A stretch of 64,000 nucleotides of DNA from the IMG/VR virus record IMGVR_UViG_2519899835_000003; one strand, given 5' to 3'. The DNA is from a virus (taxonomy: Duplodnaviria > Heunggongvirae > Uroviricota > Caudoviricetes). The position numbers and the translations under genes are program-made. Below the pieces are notes generated by a model. The model did not search any database, was not told where the DNA came from, and saw only the letters and a program-made list of their open reading frames with translations. How positions within the stretch are numbered: the first letter of the stretch is position 1; every line of letters starts with the position of its first letter. Below are positions 8,049 to 19,030 of this stretch, piece by piece.

Positions 8049-11000
8049 TTAATCCACTCCCACTTTTTTGTTGTACTCGCGGTTAAACCGATCCACGGCA
8101 ACCTTCATATCCCGCTCTACCGATTTCACCATCGCCGCCTGCTGCGCCAGACTGAGAGAACTGTCGGCATAAATGGCATCGCGCTGTTTGCGCAAATCCT
8201 TCAGTCTCTTCCGGGTATCCTGCATAAGCCCGTTCATCAACAATTTTCCGTTGTTCTCGTCAATGAACGCCGTTCTTTCTGCACCGGTCAGACTCTTCAG
8301 CTCTGCGTGATACTGCGCAACCTCTGTCATCCGGTCGTACATCTTCTGCTGGTCTGCATACGGCATCACCTCACCCGAAATTTTCCCCAGGAAGGGCACC
8401 TGCTGTTCCGGTATATCAATACCATTCAGCGATTTCACCGCCGCATCCGTGGTTTTGGAAATGAAGCGCCCTGTCCCTCCGGAGATATAGTCAATCCAGA
8501 ATTTCAGCGATTCCGGTGTGATATCCACCGCGCCGGGACGATACTGGCTGCCACCTGAGAACGCATTCAGCCAGAATGCAAACGCCTTGTACGCTTCTGG
8601 CGTTGAACGTCTTCCCAGCTGGCTGTCAGGTTTTGGTGTACCAAACGGCATGTTCTCCTGGTAAATCTGCGCCCCCATGAAGTTTTCGTTCATGGAAAGA
8701 TTCGCAAACGGACGCAGAATTGTCGGTGCTGCATTTTTCAGCAATGCCCCCGACAACGTTTCCGACGTCTCGCTGCCGATCGGGCTGAATGCCCCCAGGA
8801 TACCGCCGACAACATTACCGGCAGCACGTGAAGCAGTCAGGTCGCCCGCTGCCACACCTTCAGCTGTATGACCAAGCAGGAAGAACACGTTGTACCCGTA
8901 AGGCAGAGGAATACTCCAGTACTCACCGGCCTTGCCCCCGAACATCGATTTCATGATGACGAGGTTACGCTCTTTCACATGAGACGGTACTTTGTCGTAC
9001 CAGTTAACCCCGTCATCATCCTCACCCGCCACACTGCGGTTAAGCGAGCCAAGCAGATAACCCGCTCCCACAGCTGCAAGCACGATTTTCTGCGGTACAT
9101 TGAGATTCTTCCAGCGAAGGCGCTCCAGTAACGGCCCGTCGCCATTAAGATGTCCGAGCGTTCTCACCAGGTTTGCGGTCCCCTGAATGCTGGCGTTGGC
9201 AAACATGTACAGCGAGTTCATCAGCATCCCCTGCTCACCACGACGGTTAAAGTTCACCGTCATGTTTTTGGCAAGAGACGCCGCCTGCTGGCGTGACAAA
9301 CCGGCATCACGGGCGTGTTTATAGGCAGAAAGACGCAGAGCGTTTTCAACCGCGCCGTTGGCATCCTCGACCAGGTTCAGGAACGAATGCCATGCACCGA
9401 TACTCTGGCCTTTCCATCCGCCCTTCGCCAGCGACACAAGGCGATCCATTTCCTTCTGCTGGCCCTCAAGGTCACCCATGTTAAACCAGCCGGTTTTACC
9501 TCCGTCCTCAACAAACTCTTTCCACACTTTCTGCCACTGTGCGCCTTTGCCCGTGAGGGTTTTACCCCGCAGACTTGCGTATACGGCTGACATGGCGGAA
9601 CGGCTGTCTTTCACCACAGCCAGCGCGGATAAGTTATCCAGCTCTTTCAGTTTACCGTCGCTCCTTCCCTGCTCAGCCTTCAGGTTCATCACCGCAGTCT
9701 GCACGTCACGGATGAAGTTACTGACCAGAAATTCCGGGTTATACGACGTGTTCACCGTTGCCAGGAAGCGGTTAACTTTCCCCAGCGTACGGATTACGGC
9801 GTTACTGGTTTCCGGCCCCATGTTCTTCATCGCACGCATCAGGCGCGGATCATGAAGTTTAATGTAGTAAGTTTTGCCGTCCTTTTTGGTGGTGAAGTAG
9901 CGATCCGCCATCATTGCCATCGGCACAGGGCGCTCGACAACTTCGCGAATGGTTTCACCAGTTTCCTGGTCCTTGCGCTCTGCAATCACACGCATTGTAT
10001 CCGGTCTGTCATCAGTGAATACCTGCCAGTAATCCTTGTCGGGATTATCCTGTACCAGTTTCAGGAAGGCGTTACCCACTTCATTTTTGCGATTGCGGAT
10101 CAGCGATTCACTCAAATCCTGTATCGCCTGAGTGGAAGGAGACTGTGCGCGGGATGCACGCCCCATGGCCTGCTTACTTTCACGCCCGCCGATGGTGAAT
10201 CCCTTGCCTGTACGTGGCTGTGACACCACACCGTCAACATCCTGCCCTTTCAGGGGGACGTAGTAACGGTAGGCTTTCTGCCAGGCATCCACCACGCCGC
10301 TCTCTTCCAGTCCTGCCTCACGGATAATCTCACGGCGACGGGCCAGCATATCGTCAATAATCCCTGCCAGACGGTCATACTGTGCCTGTTTGCCGCTGTT
10401 ACGCACACGCTGCATGATTTCCGTCGCTTCCGCGTTGGTCATCCCCGAACCGCCGTCCGGCATTTTCGGGTTGATTTTCGCAATATGCACGTTACGTTCC
10501 GGCGCGTGACGGGCGTAGAGGTACTCATCCAGATCGGCCTGCGCAATTTTGTAGTCCGCCAGCAATTTGGCCAGCGGCTGAACGTAGCGCTCCTTCATTA
10601 CGTTCAGGTCGTTTTCCGCCTTCCCGTGGAAGAGTTCTTCAGCCATATAGGCGTTATTGCTGTCATCTATTTTTCCGCCAGTTTTACGGATATTCTCCTG
10701 CACCGCCTTCAGCACCTGGAATTTATCCTGCATCTGGCGAACAAAACGGGATGCAATTGTCTCTTCCGGCGTCAGACTGCTGGTGCGGGAGTAATACGGC
10801 CCCTTGCGAATATCTTCAGGATAGAGTATTTTATCAACAGAGCCGCGATAAGAATGTTCCCCTTTGGGCAATTGGAGCCCTCTGTGCAGAAGGTTATCGC
10901 GGCTTAATTTTTCTCTCCGGTACAACGTTAAACCGGTCATTTCCATACTCTTCAGTTTTTTCCCGTTTTCCGTACCGTAAACAGATGCCACCTTGTTGAT

Positions 11001-14000
11001 TTCCAGGCGCGACCGGACAGCCTTCATGTGTACCGCTGACACCACCGGATCACCATTTTTATCCACGGCATCAAGCAGCATCACAACCGCGTTTCTTTCT
11101 GTCGCGGAACGGTAAATTGCATCCGGATCGTGCATCAGTTCCGGTAGTCTCTCGATAACATCCATCGGCACCACATGTTTCACACCATTGGTGGCCTTAC
11201 GCACAGTGTCGCGGGAGATAACCAGCGGCAAATCTGGTGCGCCAAGGTGACGCAATACCGGCGGCGTACGCCCGATGTTTACCGTTAAATCCGTTGAGCG
11301 CAGAGACTTCATCATTCTGGCAAGGTCATCACGATAACGCTCGCCCTCACCTTCCGGCACTTTGAACGGATCAGGCTTACCGCTACGGGAGTACTGAGAC
11401 GATGCGTCCGCGCCATCCTCACGCGGCGTGTAACCTTCCCGCACACGCTGGCCTAACGTGCGAATAGTTTCGCGAACAAGTCTGATATCGTTCAGTTCCG
11501 TCGGCTTCAGTAACCCCGTACGACGCAGTACCCCTTTGACCAGGGCAACAACACGCTCCCATGCCGCCACGAATTTAATCGGCTGCTTCTCTGCCATATG
11601 CGCCAGAAATTCACCCGCCTGCACTTCCGGTGATTCCTTACCATAAGACGCATCAACCTTACGCCAGGCTTCACGGATGGTGGCGTTATCACTGTCACGG
11701 GTTTTCAGCACGGTCTTAATAATCGTCTGATATTCCGCTGGCGTGACTACATGCTCCATTGCATGGTGAATAATCTCGTGACGTAACTTCTCGCGAACGG
11801 TCCGCCCGTCAGGGATGTTATCCGCCACCAGGACAATTTCACGTTTATCCGGACGATAGAACGCGTGCACCTTGCCGTAACCGTCGAATGATTCACCCGC
11901 CAGTGCTTCAGCCTCTTTCTGTGACTTCACCACGCGGACCTTCAGGTCACTGTCCTTAATGCCACTAATCACGCCACGGGCAACAGCTTCAACCTGCGGG
12001 ACCGGACTGCCTTTGGCTTCCGCACTACGGTTAACATCCGAAATCAGATTGCCTTCAGGTGTGCGGGTCACGCCCTTACGGGAATAAAACGCAACTCCCT
12101 TGTCCGTCTCACGGGTTTTCAGTGTTCGGAACAAGTGATCGAATGCCTCACGAATACCGCCATCCAGTTCTGCATTCGTCGGATAAGCGTAGGTGTCCGG
12201 CTGTCCATGGTCATCCGCCTTACGGATATTGACCAGATAATCATTCTCCACGCCAGCCATACGCGCTTTATCCTGAACATAACGCTCAAAGGCTCGCGCC
12301 GCCATTTCAACATCCGTTGACCAGTACGGTTTTGAACGAACGCCATCCAGGCGTTCAGAACGACGCAACATGTCACTGCTGTTAATGGCTTTCATCACGC
12401 CTTTAAACGCGTCGTAAACCTCCTGACGTACCGGATATTCCGCATCAACATACCTGCCGTCTTTAAATACGCGCACGGCACGCTGTGCTTCCGTCATATA
12501 GTCGCCACCTGACGTGATCTTCCCGTCAGTGGAAACATCATAACGACCAAAATAATTATCCAGTGAATGGAACCATTCGTGGGCCAGCGCCCCCGGTCCG
12601 TTACCTTTTGTCAGGTTGATTGCCACCTCACCCGGCTCATAGTGTGCCGCCGCCTTACCCTTACCACGGGCACCAAAAGCAAGCCCAAGACGACCGTTCA
12701 GAGAAAGCGCTTTTGTCGGCACGTTCAGCACGTCAGCCAGGTCATGCAGCGAGTCATAAGCCCGGTTCAAATCAGCCTGACGACGCGGACTTTCCACATA
12801 ATTACCAAACTGCACACCACGAAAACCAAACGCATCACTGAACTGCTCCGGCGAAACATCCCCCTTGCGGCGTTCTGGTCCGGTACGATCGCGGTTGGTG
12901 GCGTTACGCTGCTCCTCACGCGAGACTTCACGCAGCGCCTTCACCTGATTAACCAGCTCATCACGATGTGTGCGCACATAATCATGTGCATCACGGGCAG
13001 ACTCAAAACCGCCCTTCAGTTTCTGCCTGTTTTTGCCATAACCGATAAAAATGTCGCCACTGGCCTTATGCCGGTACACGTCAAAGGTTATTCTGTCATC
13101 AGCAGAGGTTGCTGGCGTTTCCCTTTCTCTGGAGCCTTGTTCATCGAAATATGCTTTCGCCTTTTTCAGTAACTCATCCCGGCTTTCCGAGAAAAAGAGG
13201 TCGCGCCCCTTGCTATCACGAAGCGAATACATCATTTGCGGCGGATCGTAACGTTTTCCCCCGACAAACGAATAAACACCGGACCTGACACGATAGCCGG
13301 ATGCTTTATCAATCTGCAATGCAGAAAGCGTACGGAGCAGTTTCCAGGTATCCGACATGCTCCGTAACCCCGGCTTACTGTCCATCATATCAGCCAGTTT
13401 CGCTGCCGGAATTTTCCCCTCCAGCATACCGGCAGTAGCTTCGCGACCGCTTTTAACAATGCTGATCCATTTCTGCATGTTACGGCTTGTTCTGGTGGGA
13501 ATTTCACTGCGATACAACGCCATCATTGCCAGCGTGTCACTATCCACACCTTCTTTTTCCAGACGGGCATAATCCGGCTTTGGAAACAGTTTGCTCAGTG
13601 GTTGTGTCGCGTACTCCCCATCCTCCAGCGTTTTACCCATAGCTTCAGCAAGCTGCGCATAACGGTGTTTTGCCGCGCCCTTAATCTCCTCGCCAAAGTC
13701 TTCAATTTTCGCACCACGCACCTGCTGGTGAGTGCTCGGTTTATCTACCGGCACCGGCACCTCAGTATCCGGAACATCGGTTATGGTCTGGCGATTATCC
13801 CCGGTCTGTCTGCGTGCTTCTGCCTGCTGTGCCAGTTCCGGAAGGGAGTCACGAACCATACGAGGGAGTGATTCAGGCTGTGGCATATCAACCCCACGCT
13901 GACTTTCAGGTGCAGGAAGTCCTTCACGCACTGGTGCTGTGGCGTTCTGCTCATCCGGTGACGGCAGACCACGACGAACTGTTTCGCCCTCCAGTATTTC

Positions 14001-16400
14001 CCCCTGGCGACCAGCGGCATTTTCCGGTGCCTGCGCACGTCCTTTCTGGAAACTCTGGCCCTTCACCTCACCGGTTGTGGTAAAACGACCACCACGTCCG
14101 GCCTGATTTTCATCCGGCGTACGCGCCACTTCTCCTGGTAACGGATATCCCTGTCCGGGATGAATATCGCCGGGAGCGGGAAGGCGTGGACGCTCAGTTA
14201 ACTCCTGTGCTGTCGGACCGGCATCACCTTCAGCCATCTGGGAACGCACCAGTTCTTCCGCCGTCGGCGCGTTGCCACGGGCAAGACGGGCCTGCACTTC
14301 TGTATCATCCCCCGTAAAACCACGGAATCGCGGGTCACGCATGAACGCGGGCTGTTCCATCGGATCAGCATCAGTAATACGCTCTCCGTCAGCCAGAGTG
14401 TTAATGGTCTCCGTTGCCACATCTTCAGAGAACGCAGGATTATCCATTTCAACGGCATACTGATTCTCGCCTTTCTTCACTACGGACGGTTTCAGGCCGG
14501 TGGCGCTGGCATTGCGGAAAACGTCGCTCCCCAGAGCACTTTTTTCATCCGTGAAATAACGGTTGTCCGGACGCACCTTTTCAATGCGTTCTGCTGGTCT
14601 GGACGCACCACTCTCGTTAATTTCAATACGAACTTCATCCGGATCGCGGAACCGCACCGTCGGGTAAATACTCCCGTCGCCATCATCCGCATTTTCCGGC
14701 TGTGGCTGTGCCTCCGGTCTGGCCTCCCGCTGAGGGCGAAGCACATCACGTATTGCCTGTAACTGCTGCTCTTCAGTATCAGTACGCCCTTCCTTCTGGC
14801 TGAGTTTTCGGTATTCCTCAAGCAGTTCAGGGCGCGGCTTCGCCTTCAGCTCATCCATCACCGCCTGTCGCTTCGCCTGTTCATCCAGTTCATTCAACAG
14901 CTGGCTGGCGGCTTCCCGGCGATGAACGGCAGACGTGTCTCCCTCATGTGCCATATCCGCATCAGCATACTGTTCCAGAAGCTGCTCGCGATTCATCCCC
15001 TGCATAGATTCACGATGCTGTGCCACCGGATCAACCGGTTCGGGTTGCGGAGCCGATTCGTCCTGAGGAACGCTTTCAGCCTCACGCATGGCTGCTTCAT
15101 CTGCCGCCTGACGTTTTCCACGATATCCGGCAGCCGCACCGAATGGTGCCCCCATTGCAGCACCAAGGGCTGCACCTTCGATCGTTGCGTCAGCCACGCC
15201 CTCCCACGGTGACACATCCATTCCGGCGGTCTCACGCAATGCCGTGTTTTCCTGATAGCGTGAATAGCCACCCTGCGCCGCATTAATCGTCCCCTGTTCC
15301 GTGGCATTTCTGACAATGCCGCTTTTAACGGTCTTCGCCGTGCCCCGCATCGCCAGATTAAGCAACTGAGCATCGCCCAGTTTTGCCGCCATGGCATTCA
15401 CAGCCAGCAATTCAGGATCGGTTGCCAGTTGCGCACGCACCTCATCGGCAACACGCTCTTTTGCCAGGTCCATTTTCTGGCGGTCAGTAAGCTGCGCGTG
15501 CTGCGGATCTGCATCAATTGACAAAAAGGTCTGCTGAAATTTCGGTGACTTCGCCAGCTCAGAATAATCCGCGTTAAGAACAGCATCTGCCGCTGCCATT
15601 GCACTCCGCCCTTGCGCACTGACAGTGGAATGGGTGATCAGGCCTGCCTGGAAAAAATCCGGCATTTTTTTATCGACAGCTTCGGCTGCCAGTGCTGTGG
15701 CTCTTTCCGGCTGCATCCCTACCGCGATGTATTTTTTCTCCAGCCCGGCGGTCAGCACTTTTCGCAGAGTGACATCACCCAGCTTTTTAGTCACACCGCC
15801 TGCAACCATATCCGGTACAAGCGCACCAATCAGGTTAACCCCTTTCGCTACCCAGACCGCTGAATCATCATATCCTTCAGTCATCGGTGTATTCAGCGCC
15901 CGCTGCGCCCCCGGCGACATCTTGCCAGTCAGCCATTCATCCGAGGCTTTAGCGCCGCCACTGACTGCCTTGCCTGTGACCTTCAGACCTTTACCGACAG
16001 TATCAGTAACCGCATTTTTTCCATCAGGCAGAGTGTCGATGACCTCATCCGCCCCCTTGCTGCCACCGACAAAAATATCCTGAACAGTTGCTACTCCCGG
16101 CAGCCCCATACGGCTGAACTCATTTAAAATACGTGCCCCTGTTTTTACCGGGCTCTGAATCATCGCATCACCGAGTCCACGGGCCATTTCCCCTGTCCCC
16201 CGGACGGACTGGGCGACACCTTTCCCCATAGTTGGCAATACATCGCCCAGGCTGAACGACGTGCTGTTGTCCTTCCAGCGATTGGGATCGGAGAAAAACA
16301 CATCATAGCTGTCAGTCTCTCCCGGCTGCTGAATGTTCAGGCTGTTGCGGCTCTGGTTGCCAAATTGCGCTTCAGGGCGCTGTTCATCGGAATAAGCCAT
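8049..16400 (-). CDS. Giant 2783-aa virion-associated multidomain protein with two HExxH zincin-like motifs
   Basis: Single uninterrupted ORF; HEWFH at 12567-12581 and HEIIH at 11766-11780 confirmed in DNA; sits at the distal end of the virion gene block. Confidence 0.8.
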   Translation of the reverse strand: MAYSDEQRPEAQFGNQSRNSLNIQQPGETDSYDVFFSDPNRWKDNSTSFSLGDVLPTMGKGVAQSVRGTGEMARGLGDAMIQSPVKTGARILNEFSRMGLPGVATVQDIFVGGSKGADEVIDTLPDGKNAVTDTVGKGLKVTGKAVSGGAKASDEWLTGKMSPGAQRALNTPMTEGYDDSAVWVAKGVNLIGALVPDMVAGGVTKKLGDVTLRKVLTAGLEKKYIAVGMQPERATALAAEAVDKKMPDFFQAGLITHSTVSAQGRSAMAAADAVLNADYSELAKSPKFQQTFLSIDADPQHAQLTDRQKMDLAKERVADEVRAQLATDPELLAVNAMAAKLGDAQLLNLAMRGTAKTVKSGIVRNATEQGTINAAQGGYSRYQENTALRETAGMDVSPWEGVADATIEGAALGAAMGAPFGAAAGYRGKRQAADEAAMREAESVPQDESAPQPEPVDPVAQHRESMQGMNREQLLEQYADADMAHEGDTSAVHRREAASQLLNELDEQAKRQAVMDELKAKPRPELLEEYRKLSQKEGRTDTEEQQLQAIRDVLRPQREARPEAQPQPENADDGDGSIYPTVRFRDPDEVRIEINESGASRPAERIEKVRPDNRYFTDEKSALGSDVFRNASATGLKPSVVKKGENQYAVEMDNPAFSEDVATETINTLADGERITDADPMEQPAFMRDPRFRGFTGDDTEVQARLARGNAPTAEELVRSQMAEGDAGPTAQELTERPRLPAPGDIHPGQGYPLPGEVARTPDENQAGRGGRFTTTGEVKGQSFQKGRAQAPENAAGRQGEILEGETVRRGLPSPDEQNATAPVREGLPAPESQRGVDMPQPESLPRMVRDSLPELAQQAEARRQTGDNRQTITDVPDTEVPVPVDKPSTHQQVRGAKIEDFGEEIKGAAKHRYAQLAEAMGKTLEDGEYATQPLSKLFPKPDYARLEKEGVDSDTLAMMALYRSEIPTRTSRNMQKWISIVKSGREATAGMLEGKIPAAKLADMMDSKPGLRSMSDTWKLLRTLSALQIDKASGYRVRSGVYSFVGGKRYDPPQMMYSLRDSKGRDLFFSESRDELLKKAKAYFDEQGSRERETPATSADDRITFDVYRHKASGDIFIGYGKNRQKLKGGFESARDAHDYVRTHRDELVNQVKALREVSREEQRNATNRDRTGPERRKGDVSPEQFSDAFGFRGVQFGNYVESPRRQADLNRAYDSLHDLADVLNVPTKALSLNGRLGLAFGARGKGKAAAHYEPGEVAINLTKGNGPGALAHEWFHSLDNYFGRYDVSTDGKITSGGDYMTEAQRAVRVFKDGRYVDAEYPVRQEVYDAFKGVMKAINSSDMLRRSERLDGVRSKPYWSTDVEMAARAFERYVQDKARMAGVENDYLVNIRKADDHGQPDTYAYPTNAELDGGIREAFDHLFRTLKTRETDKGVAFYSRKGVTRTPEGNLISDVNRSAEAKGSPVPQVEAVARGVISGIKDSDLKVRVVKSQKEAEALAGESFDGYGKVHAFYRPDKREIVLVADNIPDGRTVREKLRHEIIHHAMEHVVTPAEYQTIIKTVLKTRDSDNATIREAWRKVDASYGKESPEVQAGEFLAHMAEKQPIKFVAAWERVVALVKGVLRRTGLLKPTELNDIRLVRETIRTLGQRVREGYTPREDGADASSQYSRSGKPDPFKVPEGEGERYRDDLARMMKSLRSTDLTVNIGRTPPVLRHLGAPDLPLVISRDTVRKATNGVKHVVPMDVIERLPELMHDPDAIYRSATERNAVVMLLDAVDKNGDPVVSAVHMKAVRSRLEINKVASVYGTENGKKLKSMEMTGLTLYRREKLSRDNLLHRGLQLPKGEHSYRGSVDKILYPEDIRKGPYYSRTSSLTPEETIASRFVRQMQDKFQVLKAVQENIRKTGGKIDDSNNAYMAEELFHGKAENDLNVMKERYVQPLAKLLADYKIAQADLDEYLYARHAPERNVHIAKINPKMPDGGSGMTNAEATEIMQRVRNSGKQAQYDRLAGIIDDMLARRREIIREAGLEESGVVDAWQKAYRYYVPLKGQDVDGVVSQPRTGKGFTIGGRESKQAMGRASRAQSPSTQAIQDLSESLIRNRKNEVGNAFLKLVQDNPDKDYWQVFTDDRPDTMRVIAERKDQETGETIREVVERPVPMAMMADRYFTTKKDGKTYYIKLHDPRLMRAMKNMGPETSNAVIRTLGKVNRFLATVNTSYNPEFLVSNFIRDVQTAVMNLKAEQGRSDGKLKELDNLSALAVVKDSRSAMSAVYASLRGKTLTGKGAQWQKVWKEFVEDGGKTGWFNMGDLEGQQKEMDRLVSLAKGGWKGQSIGAWHSFLNLVEDANGAVENALRLSAYKHARDAGLSRQQAASLAKNMTVNFNRRGEQGMLMNSLYMFANASIQGTANLVRTLGHLNGDGPLLERLRWKNLNVPQKIVLAAVGAGYLLGSLNRSVAGEDDDGVNWYDKVPSHVKERNLVIMKSMFGGKAGEYWSIPLPYGYNVFFLLGHTAEGVAAGDLTASRAAGNVVGGILGAFSPIGSETSETLSGALLKNAAPTILRPFANLSMNENFMGAQIYQENMPFGTPKPDSQLGRRSTPEAYKAFAFWLNAFSGGSQYRPGAVDITPESLKFWIDYISGGTGRFISKTTDAAVKSLNGIDIPEQQVPFLGKISGEVMPYADQQKMYDRMTEVAQYHAELKSLTGAERTAFIDENNGKLLMNGLMQDTRKRLKDLRKQRDAIYADSSLSLAQQAAMVKSVERDMKVAVDRFNREYNKKVGVD

Positions 16401-16411
16401 ACAGACTCCAT

Positions 16412-16437
16412 AAAAAAACCCGGCACAATGACCGGGT
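16412..16437 (-). terminator. Hairpin plus T-run immediately upstream of the giant gene start
   Basis: cccgg-cacaatga-ccggg followed by T7 on the minus strand, between the 421-aa gene stop and the giant gene RBS. Confidence 0.45.
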
Positions 16438-16468
16438 ATCAGGAAATAGTATTAACGGGAATGGTGAA

Positions 16469-17734
16469 TTACTGCGCGTAATTCTGTTTCAGACCACGGA
16501 TAAACTCAGATGCAGAGGCCGCGCTATCATCCCTGGCCTGTTCCCCCCTGGCCTTTTGAATACGGAGAAAATTCGCATACCCGTGTTCCAGCAATTTCTG
16601 ATTCTGAGGCTCCAGCATTTCTGGCTGACGGGAGGCCACTTCTCTGGCAAATGCCTGCTTATCCGGATCATCACCCGCCCAACTGGTAATCCCTTGTTGA
16701 ATTTTTTGCTGCTGAATTTGCTGCTGATACTGCGGCAGTCCCATCGAAGCATAATATTGCGTCACTGCTCCCTGCGCATCACCGCCGTCCTGTGCAACCT
16801 TTATCGCTACCTGGCTGGCTCCTTTCTGAAGTTGATCCGCAGAAAGTCCCTGCTGCTTCGGCGTGAAATAGCCGAAATTTTTCGAAATTTCCGCGAATTT
16901 ACTGCGATCCCTGACAAGCTCAACAGCCTTATCAACAGGCACCGCCAGCACGGTTTGATCATCAGGATGTGCACTGCCGTATTCCGTAACGGGTTTATGT
17001 GCTGTAGAGCCATCACTGTATGTGAGATCAAGGCCGATAAGTATGTACCCTTCCTGCTGTGCCGGTACTATACTGCCAATCCTGGCCTCTTTTATCGTCT
17101 TTTTCCCGGTTGAATCGGGCATGCCAATACGCTGTTGCAGTTCCGGGCCAAACACCCCGGAAAGGACATCAAGATTCTCCGGCGTATTAAGTGAAGCGAT
17201 AGCCCTGTCTGGCTTGTCATCAAAGATTTTTTGCAGGTTGTTCACGGCCTGACCCGCTTTCGCTACATAGCCATCATTCGCCATCAGCCTCAGCGGATTA
17301 CCCTCTGACAACTGGCCGTAAAGACGCATTGCTGCATCCCGATCGCCAGCATCCACAGCCTTTCCAAGCGCCGCCATCACAGGCTGATCGCGCGCCAGCA
17401 TATCGTTATACTCAAGCCGTCGCTGGTTGTATTTCTGCATCCGGAGTCGCTGCTGCTCCATACCCAGCGACGCATTCCGGTAATTCTGGTTGGCGTTAAA
17501 CTCCCTTTCCTGCAGTGCATAATTACGGTCGTCGACTTTGGCTCTGTAATCAAAGTTCCGCTGATCAACGTCTTTATTATGTTCAAACTGCGACTGTGCA
17601 AATTCAAAATCGCGCTCGTTATTTTTCTGTTGTTGAGCAAGCTGTGCTTCTCGCAAACCAAGTTCCTTACGACGGGTCATTGCCTGGTCAACCGTGCTGA
17701 ATCCGGCAAGTAAACCCTGTGCAAATCCGCTCAT
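16469..17734 (-). CDS. Putative internal virion protein, Q-rich
   Basis: 421-aa ORF in the late operon directly upstream of the giant gene. Confidence 0.55.
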   Translation of the reverse strand: MSGFAQGLLAGFSTVDQAMTRRKELGLREAQLAQQQKNNERDFEFAQSQFEHNKDVDQRNFDYRAKVDDRNYALQEREFNANQNYRNASLGMEQQRLRMQKYNQRRLEYNDMLARDQPVMAALGKAVDAGDRDAAMRLYGQLSEGNPLRLMANDGYVAKAGQAVNNLQKIFDDKPDRAIASLNTPENLDVLSGVFGPELQQRIGMPDSTGKKTIKEARIGSIVPAQQEGYILIGLDLTYSDGSTAHKPVTEYGSAHPDDQTVLAVPVDKAVELVRDRSKFAEISKNFGYFTPKQQGLSADQLQKGASQVAIKVAQDGGDAQGAVTQYYASMGLPQYQQQIQQQKIQQGITSWAGDDPDKQAFAREVASRQPEMLEPQNQKLLEHGYANFLRIQKARGEQARDDSAASASEFIRGLKQNYAQ

Positions 17735-17744
17735 TCACCACTCC

Positions 17745-17996
17745 TTAAAACAAAGAACCAGCAATACCACCTATGACAGCACCAATAGCCGCACCGGGGA
17801 GACCACCAACAGCAGCGCCCATAGCTGCACCCGTACCAATTCCCGTGCCGATATTCTGTTTGTTCTGCGCTTTCTGTTGCGCCGCCATCTGTTTGTTCGC
17901 GGCCTCAATTTCTTCACGTCGTCTGTCGGCATCACTTATTCCCTGTAATGCCTCACGCCGCGACTGATTCACAATATCCAGTAAACCGTATCCCAT
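17745..17996 (-). CDS. Small glycine-zipper membrane protein
   Basis: C-terminus GAAMGAAVGGLPGAAIGAVIGGIAGSLF. Confidence 0.5.
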   Translation of the reverse strand: MGYGLLDIVNQSRREALQGISDADRRREEIEAANKQMAAQQKAQNKQNIGTGIGTGAAMGAAVGGLPGAAIGAVIGGIAGSLF

Positions 17997-18005
17997 ATTG
18001 CCCCC

Positions 18006-18458
18006 TTACGCTGACACCAGTTTTCCGCCAACACTCAGTTGTTGTCTTGCAGGTGCAGAAGCCCCCGTCAGTATGTTCATCTGGCGATCCTGCTCTGCTT
18101 CACGGATACCATTTTTCGCGCCAGCAATTGCCAGAGCATTACGCAAACCCAGTGTGTTACTGTTGGGATTATCCGGGCGGCTTACCCCGTATCTCGCCAT
18201 CTGGTTATCCTGCGCCATCTGCGCTGTACGGAGACTGGAAGTGGCAAGGCCGCCCACCCGGGCAAGCTGTGCATTCATCAGGCTGTTGTTCTCGCCAAGG
18301 TCAGCCAGCCTTGCCACGCGGGGCAAATATCTGGTTCGCCAATCGTCGTATTGTTGGCGTGTCAGCGCTGCTGACGTCTGCCAGTCACCCTGTGGACGGG
18401 CAGCTCCGGTATAACCGTATCTCGCAAGTGTTTCGTATTTACCGTACTCCATAATCAC
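18006..18458 (-). CDS. Hypothetical virion protein
   Basis: 150-aa ORF, start overlaps upstream stop. Confidence 0.5.
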   Translation of the reverse strand: MIMEYGKYETLARYGYTGAARPQGDWQTSAALTRQQYDDWRTRYLPRVARLADLGENNSLMNAQLARVGGLATSSLRTAQMAQDNQMARYGVSRPDNPNSNTLGLRNALAIAGAKNGIREAEQDRQMNILTGASAPARQQLSVGGKLVSA

Positions 18459-19030
18459 AGTCTCCAGTTCTGAGCCTGATGCTGAATGGCATTAGCGCCG
18501 GTGCCAGGTGTTTTAGCACCGCCACTTCCTCCGCTACCGCCAGCCTTATACATCGCATATGCACCTACCGCACCCAAACCAGCGCCAACAAGAGAGGCTC
18601 GCCCCTGCTGTTTCGTAAACGCAGCCTGTGCGTCCGATTTAGCTTTTGCCAGACTGCTGTCTGCCAGCGAGTTAAAACTCTGTAACGCATCCGCCTTTTG
18701 ACCAGAACCGAGAGCAGCAACATCCTGTAGCCCGGCAACATACTTATCTGCCTGCGATACCTGCCCCCGTGTGGTTGTGTCAATCTGCCCGGTTACCTGA
18801 TCACTCTGGTTCGCATTCATTACCGCGTTAAAGCGACCACTGGACGGGTCAACACCGGACTGAGCAAGATTATCCGCCAGCTCCCTTCCGTGCTTCGCCA
18901 AACTGTTTCTGATACCCAAGATTTGTGGTGCCAGCGATATTGTCGTACTGCTGCTCACTGTTAAGGTCATCGACCTTTTCCATGAAGTTATCTTCAGCCG
19001 GGCGGAGGATATTTTTGATAATCCTGCCAC
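18455..19030 (-). CDS. Hypothetical virion protein; start uncertain
   Basis: 191-aa ORF; a 39-aa ORF (18994-19113, MGGKKGGG...) with AGGGG RBS lies upstream in another frame. Confidence 0.4.
   Translation of the reverse strand: MAGLSKISSARLKITSWKRSMTLTVSSSTTISLAPQILGIRNSLAKHGRELADNLAQSGVDPSSGRFNAVMNANQSDQVTGQIDTTTRGQVSQADKYVAGLQDVAALGSGQKADALQSFNSLADSSLAKAKSDAQAAFTKQQGRASLVGAGLGAVGAYAMYKAGGSGGSGGAKTPGTGANAIQHQAQNWRL

Noticed and set aside
8307-16083. Many 60-200-aa ORFs on the plus strand and in alternative frames within the giant gene
   Set aside because: All lie inside one continuous 2783-codon frame; they have no start-site signals and low-complexity translations.
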